From contig NC_042997.1 in NCBI RefSeq assembly GCF_006345805.1, positions 55,676,001 through 55,740,000 of the forward strand: a stretch of 64,000 nt of DNA. The letters are read 5' to 3'. Source of the DNA: Octopus sinensis. Lineage: Eukaryota. The notes beneath the pieces were generated by a model. The model had not been told where the DNA came from. It did not search any database and was given only the letters and a program-made list of their open reading frames with translations. How positions within the stretch are numbered: position 1 is the stretch's first letter; the number at the start of each line of letters is the position of its first letter. This document shows, piece after piece, positions 13,543 to 26,635 of this stretch. The translations under genes and the position numbers were made by a program.

Positions 13543-15640
13543 TATTGTTGTTGGCATCCTTTTTGTCTCGGGAGACAATGGAGTTGCGCATAAAATAATC
13601 TAGTCCGGCTTTTACATTTCATGTCCTAATACATCTCCTGCTGTGGCTGTGTAGTCCTATCCTGGACGAACTCTCCCTCTGGCAGGTGCCGCAAATGTAG
13701 CGAAGACTTTGCCTGGCTGGTTGTAATGTCATAGTTTCTTGTTGACGTCTTTTCTTGTCTTTCCATTCTCCTCTCTCTCTATGTCACTTCTTTGTATTCC
13801 CTCTTTTACGGTACGTCGCTAATCTGCACTGTTGCTGGCAACTGCTTCCCAGTTGGTAATATTGATGTTGCAGGCATTCATGTCCCTTTTGCAAACGTCC
13901 TTGTATCGTAAGAACGGTCTTCCCACAGACCTAGTGCCCCTATCAAGCTCTCCGTTGAGTATGTCCTTGAGGATTCTGCCATCTTCCATACAGCTAATAT
14001 GTCCAAGCCATCTCATACGTCTTTGTGTGAGGAGTGCAAACATGCTTGGTATTCCTGCTTGCTTGAGGACATCTTCGTTGGGGACATGATTCTGCCATTT
14101 GATGCGAAGGATTTTCCGGAGACAGCGCAGGTGAAAGATATTTAGGCGACGTATGGCGTCGTATTGCGTGTGTATGGCGTCCAAGTCTCACTTCCATACA
14201 GTTGAGTGCTAAGTACACATGCCTGGTAAATCTTCATTTTCGTGGTCTTGGTCAGCTTATTGTTGTCCCATGCCCGTTTGGAGAGTTGGGCCATCACAAC
14301 AGCTGCCTTGCCAATGCGTATATTAAGCTCAGCATCAAGGGATAGGTTGTGTTGACAGTAGAGCCAAGATAGGTAAACGTCCCCACCTCCTGTAGCCTGT
14401 GGTCTCCAATATGTATGTTTGGGATGTCCGATGTAGCCTGATCCATGGTGTTGGTCTTCTTGAGGCTGATAACTAAGCCAAAGTTGCCACATGTTTGCTC
14501 AAAACAGTTGATGAGCCTTTGTAGGGCTTCTTCTATGTGTGATACCAGAGCGGCATCATCTACAAATAGCATCTCCTTGATCAGGACGCTTCTGATTTTG
14601 GTTTTGGCACGCAGACGTGAGAGATTGAACAGTTTCCCATCACTTCTACTGTGCAGAAACAATCCATCATCTGATGTCTCAAAGGCATGTGACAGCAGCA
14701 GCGAGACGAAGATGACAAATAATGTACTAGCAAGGACACGACCTTGCTTTATCCCGGTTTTTATTTGGAAGCCGGCTGATGTTGAACCATAGTGCTGTAT
14801 GGTGCCTTGCATATCATCATGGAAAGATTTGATGATCCTCAGCAGCTTTGGTGGACATCCGATTTTTTGGAGCAGGATGAAGAGGCCTTTTCTACTTACC
14901 AAGTCAAAGGCCTTGAATTCAAAGGCCGATCAATGAAGGCCATATATAATGGCATTTTCTGCTCTCTGGACTTCTCCTGAAGTTGGCGTATGGAGAATAT
15001 CATGTCAATAGTTGATCTGCTTCTTCTAAAGTCACACTGCGATTCTTGATAAATTCGAGAAGCAAGCAGTTGTAGCCTGGACAGGATAATGTGAGCAGAG
15101 GCCTTTCCAACAGTGCTTTGAAGAGATATTCCAATGGTAATTGTTACAATCACCACGGTCACCTCTGTTTTTGTAAAGCGTAATTATGTTAACATCCCGC
15201 ATATCCTGAGGTACTGTATCCTCTTCCCAGCACTGACACAGAAGCTCATGAATGTGCCGAAGCAGGATGGTGTTTTTGCCGGTTTTGATGATCTCTAAGG
15301 GGATGTCGTCTTTTCCCGGAGCCTTGTTACTTGCTAGAGAGTCAATAGCCTTGGTGAGCTCTGCTATAGATGGCAGACTGTCAAGTTCACACATGACTGG
15401 CAAGATCTTGACACCCTCCATTGCAGCCTCAGCTACCGTGAACCCCGTGAGTACAGATCCTGGTAGTGCTCCACCCATCTATCCATTTGCTTGCTTTTGT
15501 CCTTGATGAGATCTCCAGTAGTTGATTTCAGAGGGGCTGACTTGGTTGCGGATGGACCGAGGGCCTTCTTCAAACCGACATACATCCCACGGGTGTCGCC
15601 ATTGTCAGCAGCTGACTGGATACTCTGACAGATTTCCTGC
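13543..15640 (-). mobile_element. 5'-truncated RTE-BovB-like LINE (about 2.1 kb, frameshifted)
   Basis: KAPGKDDIP, IITLYKNRGDRGDCNN, ESQCDFRRSRSTIDMIF, LYMAFID, GIKQGRVLA, MLFVDDAAL, FTYLGS, LYGSETW, RMRWLGHI, RPFLRYKDVCKRD, terminal CGTCQRE..RIGLHSHSRRC, then a 3'UTR. Confidence 0.95.
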
Positions 15641-17282
15641 CGAAAATTCCAAAATAAGACTTGAAGTGAGACCATTGGTTCCGATTGAATATATTATTGA
15701 TACTCTTCTTTCAGTTGATTTTATATTCGATTGAGAATCATGTCATTATTTCATTAATCTTCTACTTCCATAAGTCCTATAGATAATTTATAAATGCCTT
15801 TATCTCTTGTATTTATTCTGTAATTGACAATTATTCAGGCTTCACTGAGTTTCTCATATACCAAAGATCTAGGTATTTTGCCATTCAACCACAGAAAAAA
15901 ACTCAAATAATAACCATAATCGAATAATAACTTCAACATGAAAACGATCCGTTATACATAATTACGAGGTTAAGCAGAACTTTTCGCGAAATCAGCGGGA
16001 TACAATATTCTCTTTGAGGCTGATTTATTATTTTTTCTTTATAGTAAATTATGAATGTACTATACCTTTCATTTTTGTTTAATCTATTAAGTTTTAAAGT
16101 AGTATAAATATATTTGGCACAATGTTGTAGTCTTTACAATCTAGTCAAATTGTTAGAGCTCTAACATATATTTTAATGTACAGTTAAACTCCGACAGTAG
16201 GCACCATATTTAAACTATTTTGACTTGTCAAACTAGGTAATATTCTATTACAACACAATATAGTTCACTTTCAATGATAACAGCAAGAAACAAATAATTA
16301 AAATAAATAACCCTCAAATATCTTTTACGAGTATTATTTATTAAATTAGTTTATTCGCAAGCCATATTTTGTAAATATTGTGGATGCGGCTATTAATTAA
16401 ATTTAAAATATTAATTAAATTTGCATTTTAGATTGAGATATTTTGTAAAGTCAGCTTTATAAGAGGTTGATATAACAATTTTCTATTGTTCATTAATATG
16501 GGAATCATGTAAATTATACTTACAAACTCTATGCATATTCATCTTACAGAAAATAATTAGTAAATAATAAAGGAAATGTATCTGCATGATCTCTGCTAAT
16601 TTCAGTTATGCTGCATTCATCTTCAGCAAACGTCATGAAATCTAATAAATCATATACTTCTATTTTTTTAAGAATTTCTTTTATCTACTTCAACATATTG
16701 TTCCAGTAGTTGTTGTAATATAACCTTAGGTCAGTTCTGATTGAGTATAACTTTAATCTATGACATTCTAGCCGTAAAAATTCCGTCTTTTTTAGAACTA
16801 TTTAGTAATACATTTTATAATGTATACTTTATCCTTATTGAGTTGGTAGGCTGAGATTTGAAGGATATTTGGCTTCTATTTCAAGCAGTTCACATCGTAG
16901 TTCCCTCGTTGGTCCATCATTGTTTAAGTAAATGGATTTAGTGTAGGTCATCTCAGTAATAAACAATTCCTTAAGAGCAGTGATGCACTATAGTCAAGGA
17001 TAGGCCTACTATCATCTATTAACTCGTGTATTATTAATATTGGCCGGCGGTAAAACATATAGCTGAATTGCTAGAGGACTAATGTATATTTTAATATACA
17101 GTTATTCTCCAACGGCAGATGCCGGAGTGAAAGTATTTTGACTCAACGAAATACGTAACATTCTGCTACAATACAATATGGGACATTTGCAAAGATAGTA
17201 AAAAGAGAAAATTAATTATAATAAATAACATTCAAATACCTTTTACAAATAATAACGCCCTGATCTATATATTAAGTGTGAG

Positions 17283-17630
17283 CAAAGCGCTTCAAGGACA
17301 CACTGAATGCCTTACTGGAAGCCTTCAACATCGACCATGACACTTGGGAACAGTCTGCTCTAGACAGAGAAGGGTGCCGATCAGCTGTCCACAAGGGTGC
17401 CAACTCATGCGAGACCAATAGGATCGCTACTGCAGAAGACCGCAGACAAGCCAGGAAGAACAGAGCTAACAACCCTGTAACAGGCGCTACCATTCCCTGT
17501 CCACACTGCCAAAGACTCTTTCGGGCGAAAATTGGCCTCACTAGCCATCTGCGGATTCACAAAACAAGCCCCCCCCCCCGGATGACTAGATGGTTTTCGT
17601 CCCTTCGACGAACAAACCACGACGAACAAA
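17283..17630 (+). mobile_element. RTE-BovB-like LINE 3' end (second family)
   Basis: KRFKDTLNALLEAFNIDHDTWEQSALDR...CPHCQRLFRAKIGLTSHLRIH...* in one open frame, followed by a short 3'UTR. Confidence 0.9.
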
Positions 17631-17880
17631 GCACGCTAATATTAGATATCTATCCATTGCAGTGGAAATTTTCGTACTGTGACTTGTTTACAGGTCATAC
17701 CACATTTGTTTGCATAAAATGGAAACTATCCTTGAGAAATTATTGGTTCATTTTTACTCACTAACCAACTGTTCACGGCTAAAGTAGCTGCGAGTACTTC
17801 AGGCATACAAAGTTTTAATGAAATGCTCAGAATTTTAAGCAAGTGGAATACATATTCGTAGTATTACTCAGGTTCAATCC

Positions 17881-18060
17881 AAGGTCGGCGAGCTGGCAGA
17901 AACGTTAGCACACCGGGCGAAATGCTTAGCGGTTTTTCGTCTGTTTTTACGTTCTGAGTTCAAATTCCGCCGAGGTCGACTGTGCTTTTCATCCTCTCGA
18001 GGTCGATAAATTAAGTACCAGTTACGTACTATGGTTGATCTAATCGACTGGCCCCCTTTC
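17881..18060 (+). mobile_element. tRNA-derived SINE, family A
   Basis: Head GGCGAGCTGGCAGAAACGTTAGC, B-box GAGTTCAAATTCC, body GGTCGAC..CTTTCATCC..GGTCGATAAATTAAGTACCAG; repeated at least 11 times in the window. Confidence 0.9.
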
Positions 18061-18464
18061 TCCACTTTATCTCCACTTCAGAAAAGATACTCAACATCAG
18101 AAAAGATACTCAACCCTACGATAACTACTAGCCAGTTCTCTAGAAGAAGTTTTAAATCTCTTGGGAATAAAATGAGTGGCTGGATTTAGAAAAGAATCGT
18201 AGCAAAAACAAACTTATCACTACCATCTACGAAGAAATCGATGGATATAATTCCATTCAGAATTCTTAACACTCCCCATAGCCCCACCGGCCCTCTTATA
18301 TATACATATATACAAATATATGCGTGTGTATGCGCGCGTGCGCGTGTAGTGAACCTTTAATCCATATACATTTTTCTCTCCCCTTTTTTTTCCTCTTAAT
18401 CCATTTTTCCCGAGCGCGCTAAACTAATACACCTGTTTGTTCCTTCATCTGTCATCGCATTTTG

Positions 18465-18531
<67 letters not shown>

Positions 18532-18554
18532 ATATACTTATACATATATACATA

Positions 18555-18615
18555 TACGAGGTCTGATCAATAAGCATCCGGACTGTTGCCATAGTAATAA
18601 CGCTAAAGCATGTAG
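18555..18615 (+). mobile_element. Isolated mariner-like terminal repeat fragment
   Basis: TA-CGAGGTCTGATCAATAAGCATCCGGAC resembles mariner TIRs; embedded in (TA)n. Confidence 0.45.
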
Positions 18616-18650
18616 AGTGATATATATATATATAATATATATATATATAG

Positions 18651-18741
<91 letters not shown>

Positions 18742-18742
<1 letters not shown>

Positions 18743-20560
18743 GGAATAAAAAATGGAGTTAACGCAGGTTTAAACAAGTATTTTTTCTTTCTACATATGT
18801 TTAAAAAATTCCACTGATACTTATTCAAAAGAATAAAAGGTATAAACAATGCAATCTTCTCTTCGGGAAAGTGAAAAAACGAAACTTGTCAATACGACAT
18901 TTTAGCAAAAAATGATGGATTCGTATAGCGATAGACAGAACGCTATTAATATTGTTTAAAAAAACGTTATATGATATAACGTCATAAGTAGCTAACAGAA
19001 AGATTAGGGATATTAATAGTGAATGTTAAATATAAAGGAAATTAAAGTCTAAACTATATATAATGATAGAGACTACTTATATGCACTAAAAGTATGTTTT
19101 TGCCAATGCTTACATCTGTATGCTCGTTCTATAACCGTGTTTACTAGAGTATTTTTAGAAAAAATAATGAAAAATAGCTCAGAATTGCAGAGAAGACACA
19201 ATTTCTTGCCTTTGTCATATGGTATCGAAATTGAGAGGATCAACCATTCCAAATGAAATTGTTCATTGTGGTCTTTTAAATTCCAAATCAGTTTGCTGAG
19301 ACCGGTACTATTCCGTTTATTTCTATCCCTAAATGTTGAGTAATGGATAGAAATTCTCTTAGATAATTCTAACGATGTGCTTCCAATGTAAAATCGTACT
19401 TTATTACGAGTACTGATTATACACTGGTATATAGAATTTTTAATCTTAGAGTTACTTGACATAAATTTAATTCTATTGGGATTGACTTCAGATACAATAA
19501 CCTTGTTATTAATATTTCTAGAGGGTTGGATGGTAGTAGCTAAATTAATGTTAGTATTAGTAAATGTATTAATATTTAACAGTTTGTTATTATGAGAAGA
19601 TATAATTTGCAAGAGATTTTTTGTGTTTGAAAAACCTATCCTAACCTTATGTGAATTAATTATAGAGTAATATCTAGAATTATTTGGAAAATTCCTAGCA
19701 ATAGCTTGACGAAAAAGCAGTGGGAGATTAGATTTAATTTGTCTCCCGTAAGGAATTATTAACCAAATATTTTTACTAGTATTCATAGCGTAATTACTTT
19801 TGAAGGTGTTATATTTACTTTTAGATCGGTAATAGGGGAATAAATAAGGATTATCTGCCTTCATTCGCTTTGTATCGGTGCGTAAGTTATGTTTGTTATC
19901 AATAATTCTTTTACGACTAGAAATCTTATCTACATTATTGAATTTACATTTAGACTGAGCAGAATCAATGTAGAAAATTTTTTCTGTATAACCTGCTTTG
20001 ATTAAGGCAGAGTTATAGAATTCAGCGTTATTATTGAAAATATCAACATTAGCAGATAATTTAGATAATCTAAATGAAATATTCTTAACTAAATTCTTAG
20101 TAATTGCTCCAGGATGATTACTAAATTTGCTAATGTACTTAAGATTGGTCAACGGTTTATTATATGGGAAGTAAGAGTCACTGTGTAAATTAAGCGTAAT
20201 ATCTAAAAAGTTGGCCTTCGTCAGATCGTCATCAAAAACGATTTTTAAGCCCATTCTACTGAAAAAATTAACTAAACTGTTCTTAACTTTTTGTACCTTT
20301 TGGTTAGAAACATTTTGGAGGTAAAGTAAACAATCATCACGATATAGACCTCCATAAATGTTAGGGAACTCTTCAGCCATTTCAAAAAGAATATATATAC
20401 AGACCAAATCAGCTATCTGTGCTGAATCAGAACTTCCCATAGGTATATCGAAACTATCTGGTGTGTCTTTACGGACCCACAACTTATCATCAAATTTAAT
20501 AATAGATCTTCTGGCTGCCAACACAACATTAATTTCTTCTCGGGTGAGACCAGCTTTGTT
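18742..20560 (-). mobile_element. Naiad-type Penelope-like retroelement, 5'-truncated
   Basis: RT plus GIY-YIG ORF followed by about 330 bp of 3' sequence; flanked by (TA)n and (TA/CA/TACA)n microsatellites. Confidence 0.85.
19073..20560 (-). CDS. Naiad-type PLE RT + GIY-YIG endonuclease, open for about 495 codons (N-terminally truncated)
   Basis: FDIPMGSSDSAQIADLV, GLYRDDCL, NFLDITLNL, YNKP, SNHP, IPY..KSN, KVRIGFSN, IYQC..FYIGST..KR..H.STFR..NSTGLSKLIW.LK, CLLCNSE, CKH. Residues 1-87 of the listed ORF are microsatellite and not part of the element. Confidence 0.85.
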   Translation of the reverse strand, partial: NKAGLTREEINVVLAARRSIIKFDDKLWVRKDTPDSFDIPMGSSDSAQIADLVCIYILFEMAEEFPNIYGGLYRDDCLLYLQNVSNQKVQKVKNSLVNFFSRMGLKIVFDDDLTKANFLDITLNLHSDSYFPYNKPLTNLKYISKFSNHPGAITKNLVKNISFRLSKLSANVDIFNNNAEFYNSALIKAGYTEKIFYIDSAQSKCKFNNVDKISSRKRIIDNKHNLRTDTKRMKADNPYLFPYYRSKSKYNTFKSNYAMNTSKNIWLIIPYGRQIKSNLPLLFRQAIARNFPNNSRYYSIINSHKVRIGFSNTKNLLQIISSHNNKLLNINTFTNTNINLATTIQPSRNINNKVIVSEVNPNRIKFMSSNSKIKNSIYQCIISTRNKVRFYIGSTSLELSKRISIHYSTFRDRNKRNSTGLSKLIWNLKDHNEQFHLEWLILSISIPYDKGKKLCLLCNSELFFIIFSKNTLVNTVIERAYRCKHWQKHTFSAYK

Positions 20561-21969
20561 ATACATACACACACATATATATATATATATATAGACATTC
20601 ATACATGCACATAAATAAACGTATATATGAGTATGTGTATGTCGGTAGGTGGTGAATAATAAATGCAATAATAATAAAAAAAATTTGCAGGAGAGACACA
20701 TACGCGAAAACACACATATACATGCATACACTTGCATACATACATACATACATACATACATACATACATACATACATACATACATACATACATACATTAA
20801 TAAATCTTCGAGGCCCCGCAAATGGTCAAGGGCACTGCCATCCCCCTGGCATTTGACTATATTATTTCGGAAGTTTCAGTTATAGAATATGAGATTCTAA
20901 CCATCATCATTTCAACATTTATTCTCACTCACTCACTCCGGTCTGGAAAATTGAAGGCAACTTTTACATAGTTTTTGCCTAACTTTAACTTGTCATAGCA
21001 ATCTACATAAGAAAATTGATGTGATTACTAAATGGAATTTAGGAAAAAATATACCTGGTTATGATATTGTATAAAGAGGTGATTAACAAATGTATCAAAG
21101 CTGATGTGATGGAATCTTCGTTCGTTCGATAAATTTGGTGTCTTGACATTAAGTAGACATTATCATTTCGTTTATTCGCATGAATCTACAATGTTCTCTT
21201 TGCAAGAAGTGTAGTATAATTTTTCATATCTCATGTTCTATATTCTTCTTGTTTGTATTTCTATTTGAATTATAAATTTGCTTATTTAATAGTGCCACTA
21301 GTTAAAAATCGATTTTGGTAAGTAATTTCAATGTTTAGGTTATCTGACAGAACGACCTCAGCAGAAAATTGAATTGATGTCTAGGGAATAAAATAAGTTT
21401 TATTTTATACCATTAACAGTTAAGGCTAAGGTGCATCCTTAGATGTTAAGCTTATCAACCAACTGTTTCCATTTTGTCTAGCCAAGAAGTAACATTCACC
21501 TTCAAAATTGGAAAACATATGCATAATTTCTCGCTTTTCTCCAACAACAAAATGGCTGAACCAACTCGAAATTGTGTTAAAATAATTCTTCGTAAACGTT
21601 GCTTTCCATTATACAGATGGCTTAATGTTTCTGAATTTTATTTGTAAATTATCTTATATATTTTTTTTTTACTCTTCTGTATTTTCTTATTTCCTGTAAT
21701 TTTTTTACAGTAGTTTTCAATTCACTTAGTTTTATGCTAACTTTAAAAAACATTGTTTTTATCTAAATGTAGTCTATAAAAGAGTATTAAAATAAACAAA
21801 GCTTGAAATATACTGACAATTAAAATAACCAGCGGAAATCTTAGAATTCCTTGAATTTATACGGATGTGCGAATACATTGAATATATCACAAATATATTT
21901 ACTTTTGTCATTCTTTCATTGTGAGTTGTTCCTTGTAATAACACTTAACTGTTAATATTTTTATATATT

Positions 21970-22180
21970 AAGGCGGCAAGCTGGCAGAAACGTTAGCACG
22001 CCGGGCGAAATGCTTAGCGGTATTTTATCTACTTTCTGAGTTCAAATTCCACCAAGGTCGACTTTGCCTTTCATCCTTCTGGGGTTGATAAATTAAGTAC
22101 CAATTGCGTACTGGGGTCGATCTAATCGACTGGCCCCCTCCCCTAAAATTTCGAGCCTTGTGTCTGGAGCAGAAAAGAAT
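21970..22180 (+). mobile_element. SINE family A, full length
   Basis: Same head, B-box and body; tail ..GCCTTGTGTCTGGAGCAGAAAAGAAT. Confidence 0.92.
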
Positions 22181-22204
22181 GTTTTTAAATATTATTTTTA
22201 TATA

Positions 22205-22415
22205 AAGTGGTGAACTGGTAGACTCTTTACCGCCCTGGATGAAATGCTTAGCAGCGTTTCTTCCGACTATATGTTCCGAGTTCAATACTGTGGGATCGAC
22301 CTCTGCCTTTCATCTTTTTGGAGTCGATAAAATAAGTACCAGTTGAACACTGGGGTCGATATAATCGATTTACTCCCTCGCTTGAATTTGTTGTCCTTGT
22401 GCCAATATTAGAAAC
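22205..22415 (+). mobile_element. SINE family A, older copy in tandem
   Basis: Diverged but collinear with the copy at 21970. Confidence 0.85.
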
Positions 22416-24313
22416 TAATATTTTTTTTCTGTATTTATAATTAAAATGATTCAATGACGAATTAAAATTCTTTGCTGTAGACGTATATGATCAGTCTACT
22501 TTTGAAATGTTCTATTCCATGTATTATAAAGATTCGTATCTTGTGAAAACTTGTTTTTTTTAACTTATTTTTCTTCGGATTCTTCTCGAGTAAGCGTTGT
22601 ACATCAAAAACACTAGGATTATCTTGTGAACATCGCAACTGTTAGAATGCAGGATAACACTTAAATATCGATTAGATATGAATAAATCTCTGATAAAATA
22701 TATCCCCTATCAAATTTAGATCAAAAATTAGATCCGCAAATTATGTCTGCCAGTTTCTCAAATCTGCAGCTGCATATCAAAATTCGATGTAATTTTTACA
22801 CTGCAAAAGTAATCTATGATAATATAGCCGATATGCATATATATCACACACTTTTGATCACCACCTAATCACCAAATGCAGAATCTATTAAACCATTACT
22901 ATTACTATTACTGCACCACTCAAATTATCAGGCCACTGCATAATTACGACTACCTACTACACATCCATATTCTACGCAACGCCTCTCCTTTCTCCAAAAT
23001 CCAAGAACACTCCCTGTTAGCTAATTAGTTGGGGTTTTTGACTATTTAACGCAAACTCTCCAAGGCCTTAAATGTTGTTCATCATTGAAACATAGTGACA
23101 GTTAGGCAGGTGGCAGAAATCAAAATTCTAGGTATGTACTTGGGCATTCCTCGCACAACCAATGTTATGAGCTCAAAATCATTTAAATTGCCTGTAACCT
23201 ACGTATGTGTGCTGCAATGAAACTTACCTTGAACACTGCCTACAATGCCTGGTAAAATCACATACTTCTAACAATTGAGACGTTTTTACTCTTTACTGCA
23301 ACTCATGCAATTCTACCATACACCTCTGTATATCTTATAGTCTGCAATTTTTCTCGCCTGCCCTATTGTGGCTTATTTTTCTTCTTCCTTTCCAAAAGAA
23401 TTGCTACCAAGTTGCATATTTCTCTTATTGGCCACTCCTTAATTATAATGGTTATATAAGCAATACATCCACCGATGTGTTGCTACCTGACTGCATTCAA
23501 CTCCACAATGCCTAAAATGTGCAAAACTCTGTGAAAACGCTTTTTCACCGTTCCATCAGTCTCACTATCACGTATGAAAAACCAAGCCAAGTCAAGTAGG
23601 AATGCCTCGACGCAGTTGTCCAGCCTGTTAAAAATAGGAAACAAATCTTCCTCATAATATGTCCTACAGTTCATATTGCGTAATTTAGTTCTAGACAATT
23701 ATCTTAAAATCCAACAAAATAAATATCACTGAAAGATGCTGTGCCCTAAGTCTGCTCCGTTCGAATTGTCTAGCATAAACAACAACACGTTGTACGCACA
23801 CGGCAAAGCTCCAGCAACACTTCCATGTACCTCTCCACGTAACTCATCACAACATATATATTAAACGCCAAGTTCGAAAATACCAACTCAACAATAATCT
23901 ACCATTAACTTTGGGTAAAACACTACTTTGAGTTTCAAACTCAAATACAGCAAGAAATATGATCCCAACTCCAATTGTCATACCTTTTTCACATCAATCA
24001 TTTCAAAAGTGAACACTCGTTTTCGTTCATTCTGGACGACACCAGTATGGCTTCTGTAAAATATTATCTACAGATCACCTACGTCACTCATCAGTTTTCA
24101 ACCACCCTGAAGAAATTTGACGTAAACAATATATTCAGTAAAGAATTTGACCGTATATGATAGCAAGCCTCCTTTGTGGGCTTCATCCAATTTTCGCTTT
24201 TTATTTAAAAGCTTCTTGTGAAACCAATCCATCTTATTGGGTGCAAGCAGGGATCCTTTTGACTCATACTCTACTAATTTTAGTGATCTACGAATGCTTA
24301 GTTATGACAGCTA

Positions 24314-24317
24314 CTCT

Positions 24318-24358
<41 letters not shown>

Positions 24359-24369
24359 GTTGTTCTCTA

Positions 24370-24445
<76 letters not shown>

Positions 24446-24447
24446 TT
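24314..24447. repeat. (CT)n microsatellite
   Basis: Directly visible. Confidence 0.97.
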
Positions 24448-24644
24448 CAAGCAGCCTAGATACATCCAGTTGAACATGCACAGCTTTCACAAATAGCCTC
24501 TTTTTAGTCATTCTCTAATGGGGACTTGACAAAGTTTTCTCCTTCAAAAGACTCACTCACTACATATGTCATTAAAGCACCTCATCTGACCACGGACAAC
24601 ACACAATGAAAAAATTCAAAATCACGACGAAAGATAGTTCCAAT

Positions 24645-25910
24645 AAATTGTGATGATCTACCTCGTGTAGAAGATGCTTTCCGAGGACATGAAGCTGTGG
24701 CTGGAGCAAAGGTTAACAAGGACAAGTCCATCGGTTTGCGCGCCGGCACCTGGAGGAACAAGCCGATATCGTCCAGTGTCGTCGGACACTGGAAAGATGG
24801 TCTTGTTAAATTGCTTGGAGTTTGGTTCGGTTCAGACTCCCAGACGGAGAAGAATTGGAGCGAGGTACTGGACAAGGCGAAGGGCCATAGTACGGAAGTG
24901 ATCCGGAAAGTCTCTGTCCTTGAAGAGTAGAGCGGAGGTGGTGCAGATGTTTATAGCATCTGTAATCACCTGCCGCCTGTCCGTCGTGCCTTGCCCCGAT
25001 TCTTTGCTAAGCAAGCTGGAACGACTCATATTCCGCTTTCTGTAGAGAGGGGGAAAACCACTTGTGAAGCGCTCCGTGTGCTGCCAGGAACCGCTAAAAG
25101 GTGGTCTGAGGATGCCCTGGCTAGGTGCCACCTGGAGGGTGATAAGGTGTGGAGTCTGCTGGCAGAGGAATTCTTGCCGCGACCGGCCTCGTTGGAAAGA
25201 TTTAAACCCGGTCTCATTAAAAGACGTGATCTGACTGAATGGCACAAGGAGTGTCGTCAAGGCACTCTGGCTAATCCACAGGACGGGCAAGGCTGGCTGC
25301 GGGAATACCACCTCGGTATTCTATAGAGGACTGGTAGAAGGAAAAAACGACGACGTCTTAGGAAGGGCTCTGGGGTTCGATGAGAACCAACTTACCAACC
25401 TGTTCCGAAAAACCTTCAAGCCGGGGTATTTAGATAATTTCAAAAAATCCCTGGCTTGGCAATGTTACAGGAATGCTTTACCTGTTCGCGATAAGTTATC
25501 TAGGCACGGTATGGCAGTGCCACCGACGTGTCCAAGATGCGAGCAAGACAGTGAAAGTGTCCAGCACGCTTTTGTACAGTGTCGGCAACTTTCCAGTTTG
25601 ATAATTTATGTGGAACACGTGTTGTCGCATCTAGGACGAGTGCAACTGTCGGCTAGATCTATAATAAAGATGATACCGCCAACTGGACTGCCGAAGGAAG
25701 GTGAGGCTTGTTTTCTCTGTACGGTAGGAGTGTTGAAAGAGTGTATATGGAGAACAAGAATGGAAGGCTTTGTGACAGGGTCCTACATATCTGGCCCTGA
25801 TTTGCTGGTTTACTTCAGATACCATCTGAAGAGCAAGATAGGGCTGGAAAAGAGGACCCTGTCAGTTAGAGTATATGAACAAAGTTGGAAGGAATATGAA
25901 CAAAGATGGA
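24645..25910 (+). mobile_element. L1/Tx1-clade LINE, 3' half of ORF2 (degenerate)
   Basis: AGAKVNKDKS, VKLLGVWFG, LSLKSRAEV, KLERLIFRFL..PLVKR..GGL, NALPVRDKL..CPRCEQDSESVQHAFVQC (CCHC). Confidence 0.85.
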
Positions 25911-26635
25911 ATATAGATTTCCCACAAACAGGATACTCCATTATAATTTGCTAAAAATTATAATGGAGTATCCTTATGTTGGAAGTCTATATGGTCGTAC
26001 GCATCCGAGGAGAGCGGTTTATTTCAAACTGATGTAATGTTTGCATTGATCGATTGAATGGAGCCGCTTGAAACAGCCATATTGCATTGCTACCTGGACA
26101 TACTTGTTACTTATTTTCTTTTCATTCACCTAACTTCGAGTTGTGCGCATAATACTGGACAGACTTCGTGCCTCAACTTAAGTCCCTAATTCAACTGAAT
26201 CTTAATTATTTCATATATATATATATGTATATGTGTATGTATGTATGCATGTATGTATGCATGTATGTATGTATGTATGCATGTATGTATGTATGTATGT
26301 ATGTATGTATGTATGTATGTATGTATGACTATATAAGATAATCAGTTTCTAGTAAATAATACAGTTAAGAATACTACCAAACAGAATTCATAAAGAGACC
26401 ATAATAATATATAGTAGCAAGAATGAAGCAAAAATGAGGTGGAGAAGATTAATACAATATATAAAGAATAATTTTTAAAATGAAGAGAGTTTAAAATGAA
26501 GATCTTCTCGTAAACATAATAAGAAAAGATGGGTAGAAAAGTTTTCTGGAATTTTCATAACTGAATATGATATTAGTACTAAAGCTCTGAACCGGAAAGG
26601 CAGATGGAAGTTGCAATATTTAATATATTCTGTAT

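Noticed and set aside
16725-16910. Diffuse similarity with 33820-33985 and 39200-39360 (possible old repeat family)
   Set aside because: Too diverged to define boundaries or class by eye.
18790-18885. Possible hammerhead or SECIS in the Naiad 3' region (CCGAAGA..GAAT..ATC; ATGA hairpin near 18990)
   Set aside because: The core is non-canonical (GAAU, stem I not adjacent), and there is no in-frame TGA that would need a SECIS.
20561-20821. N-terminal 87 aa of the 582-aa ORF as a real start
   Set aside because: The sequence is (TACA)n/(TA)n flank. The element is 5'-truncated in RT, and the upstream start is fortuitous.
22880-24310. Possible very old I/Jockey-group LINE remnant (KILGMYLG.., SLLCGLHP..)
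   Set aside because: The motifs are too eroded to support a call without a profile search.
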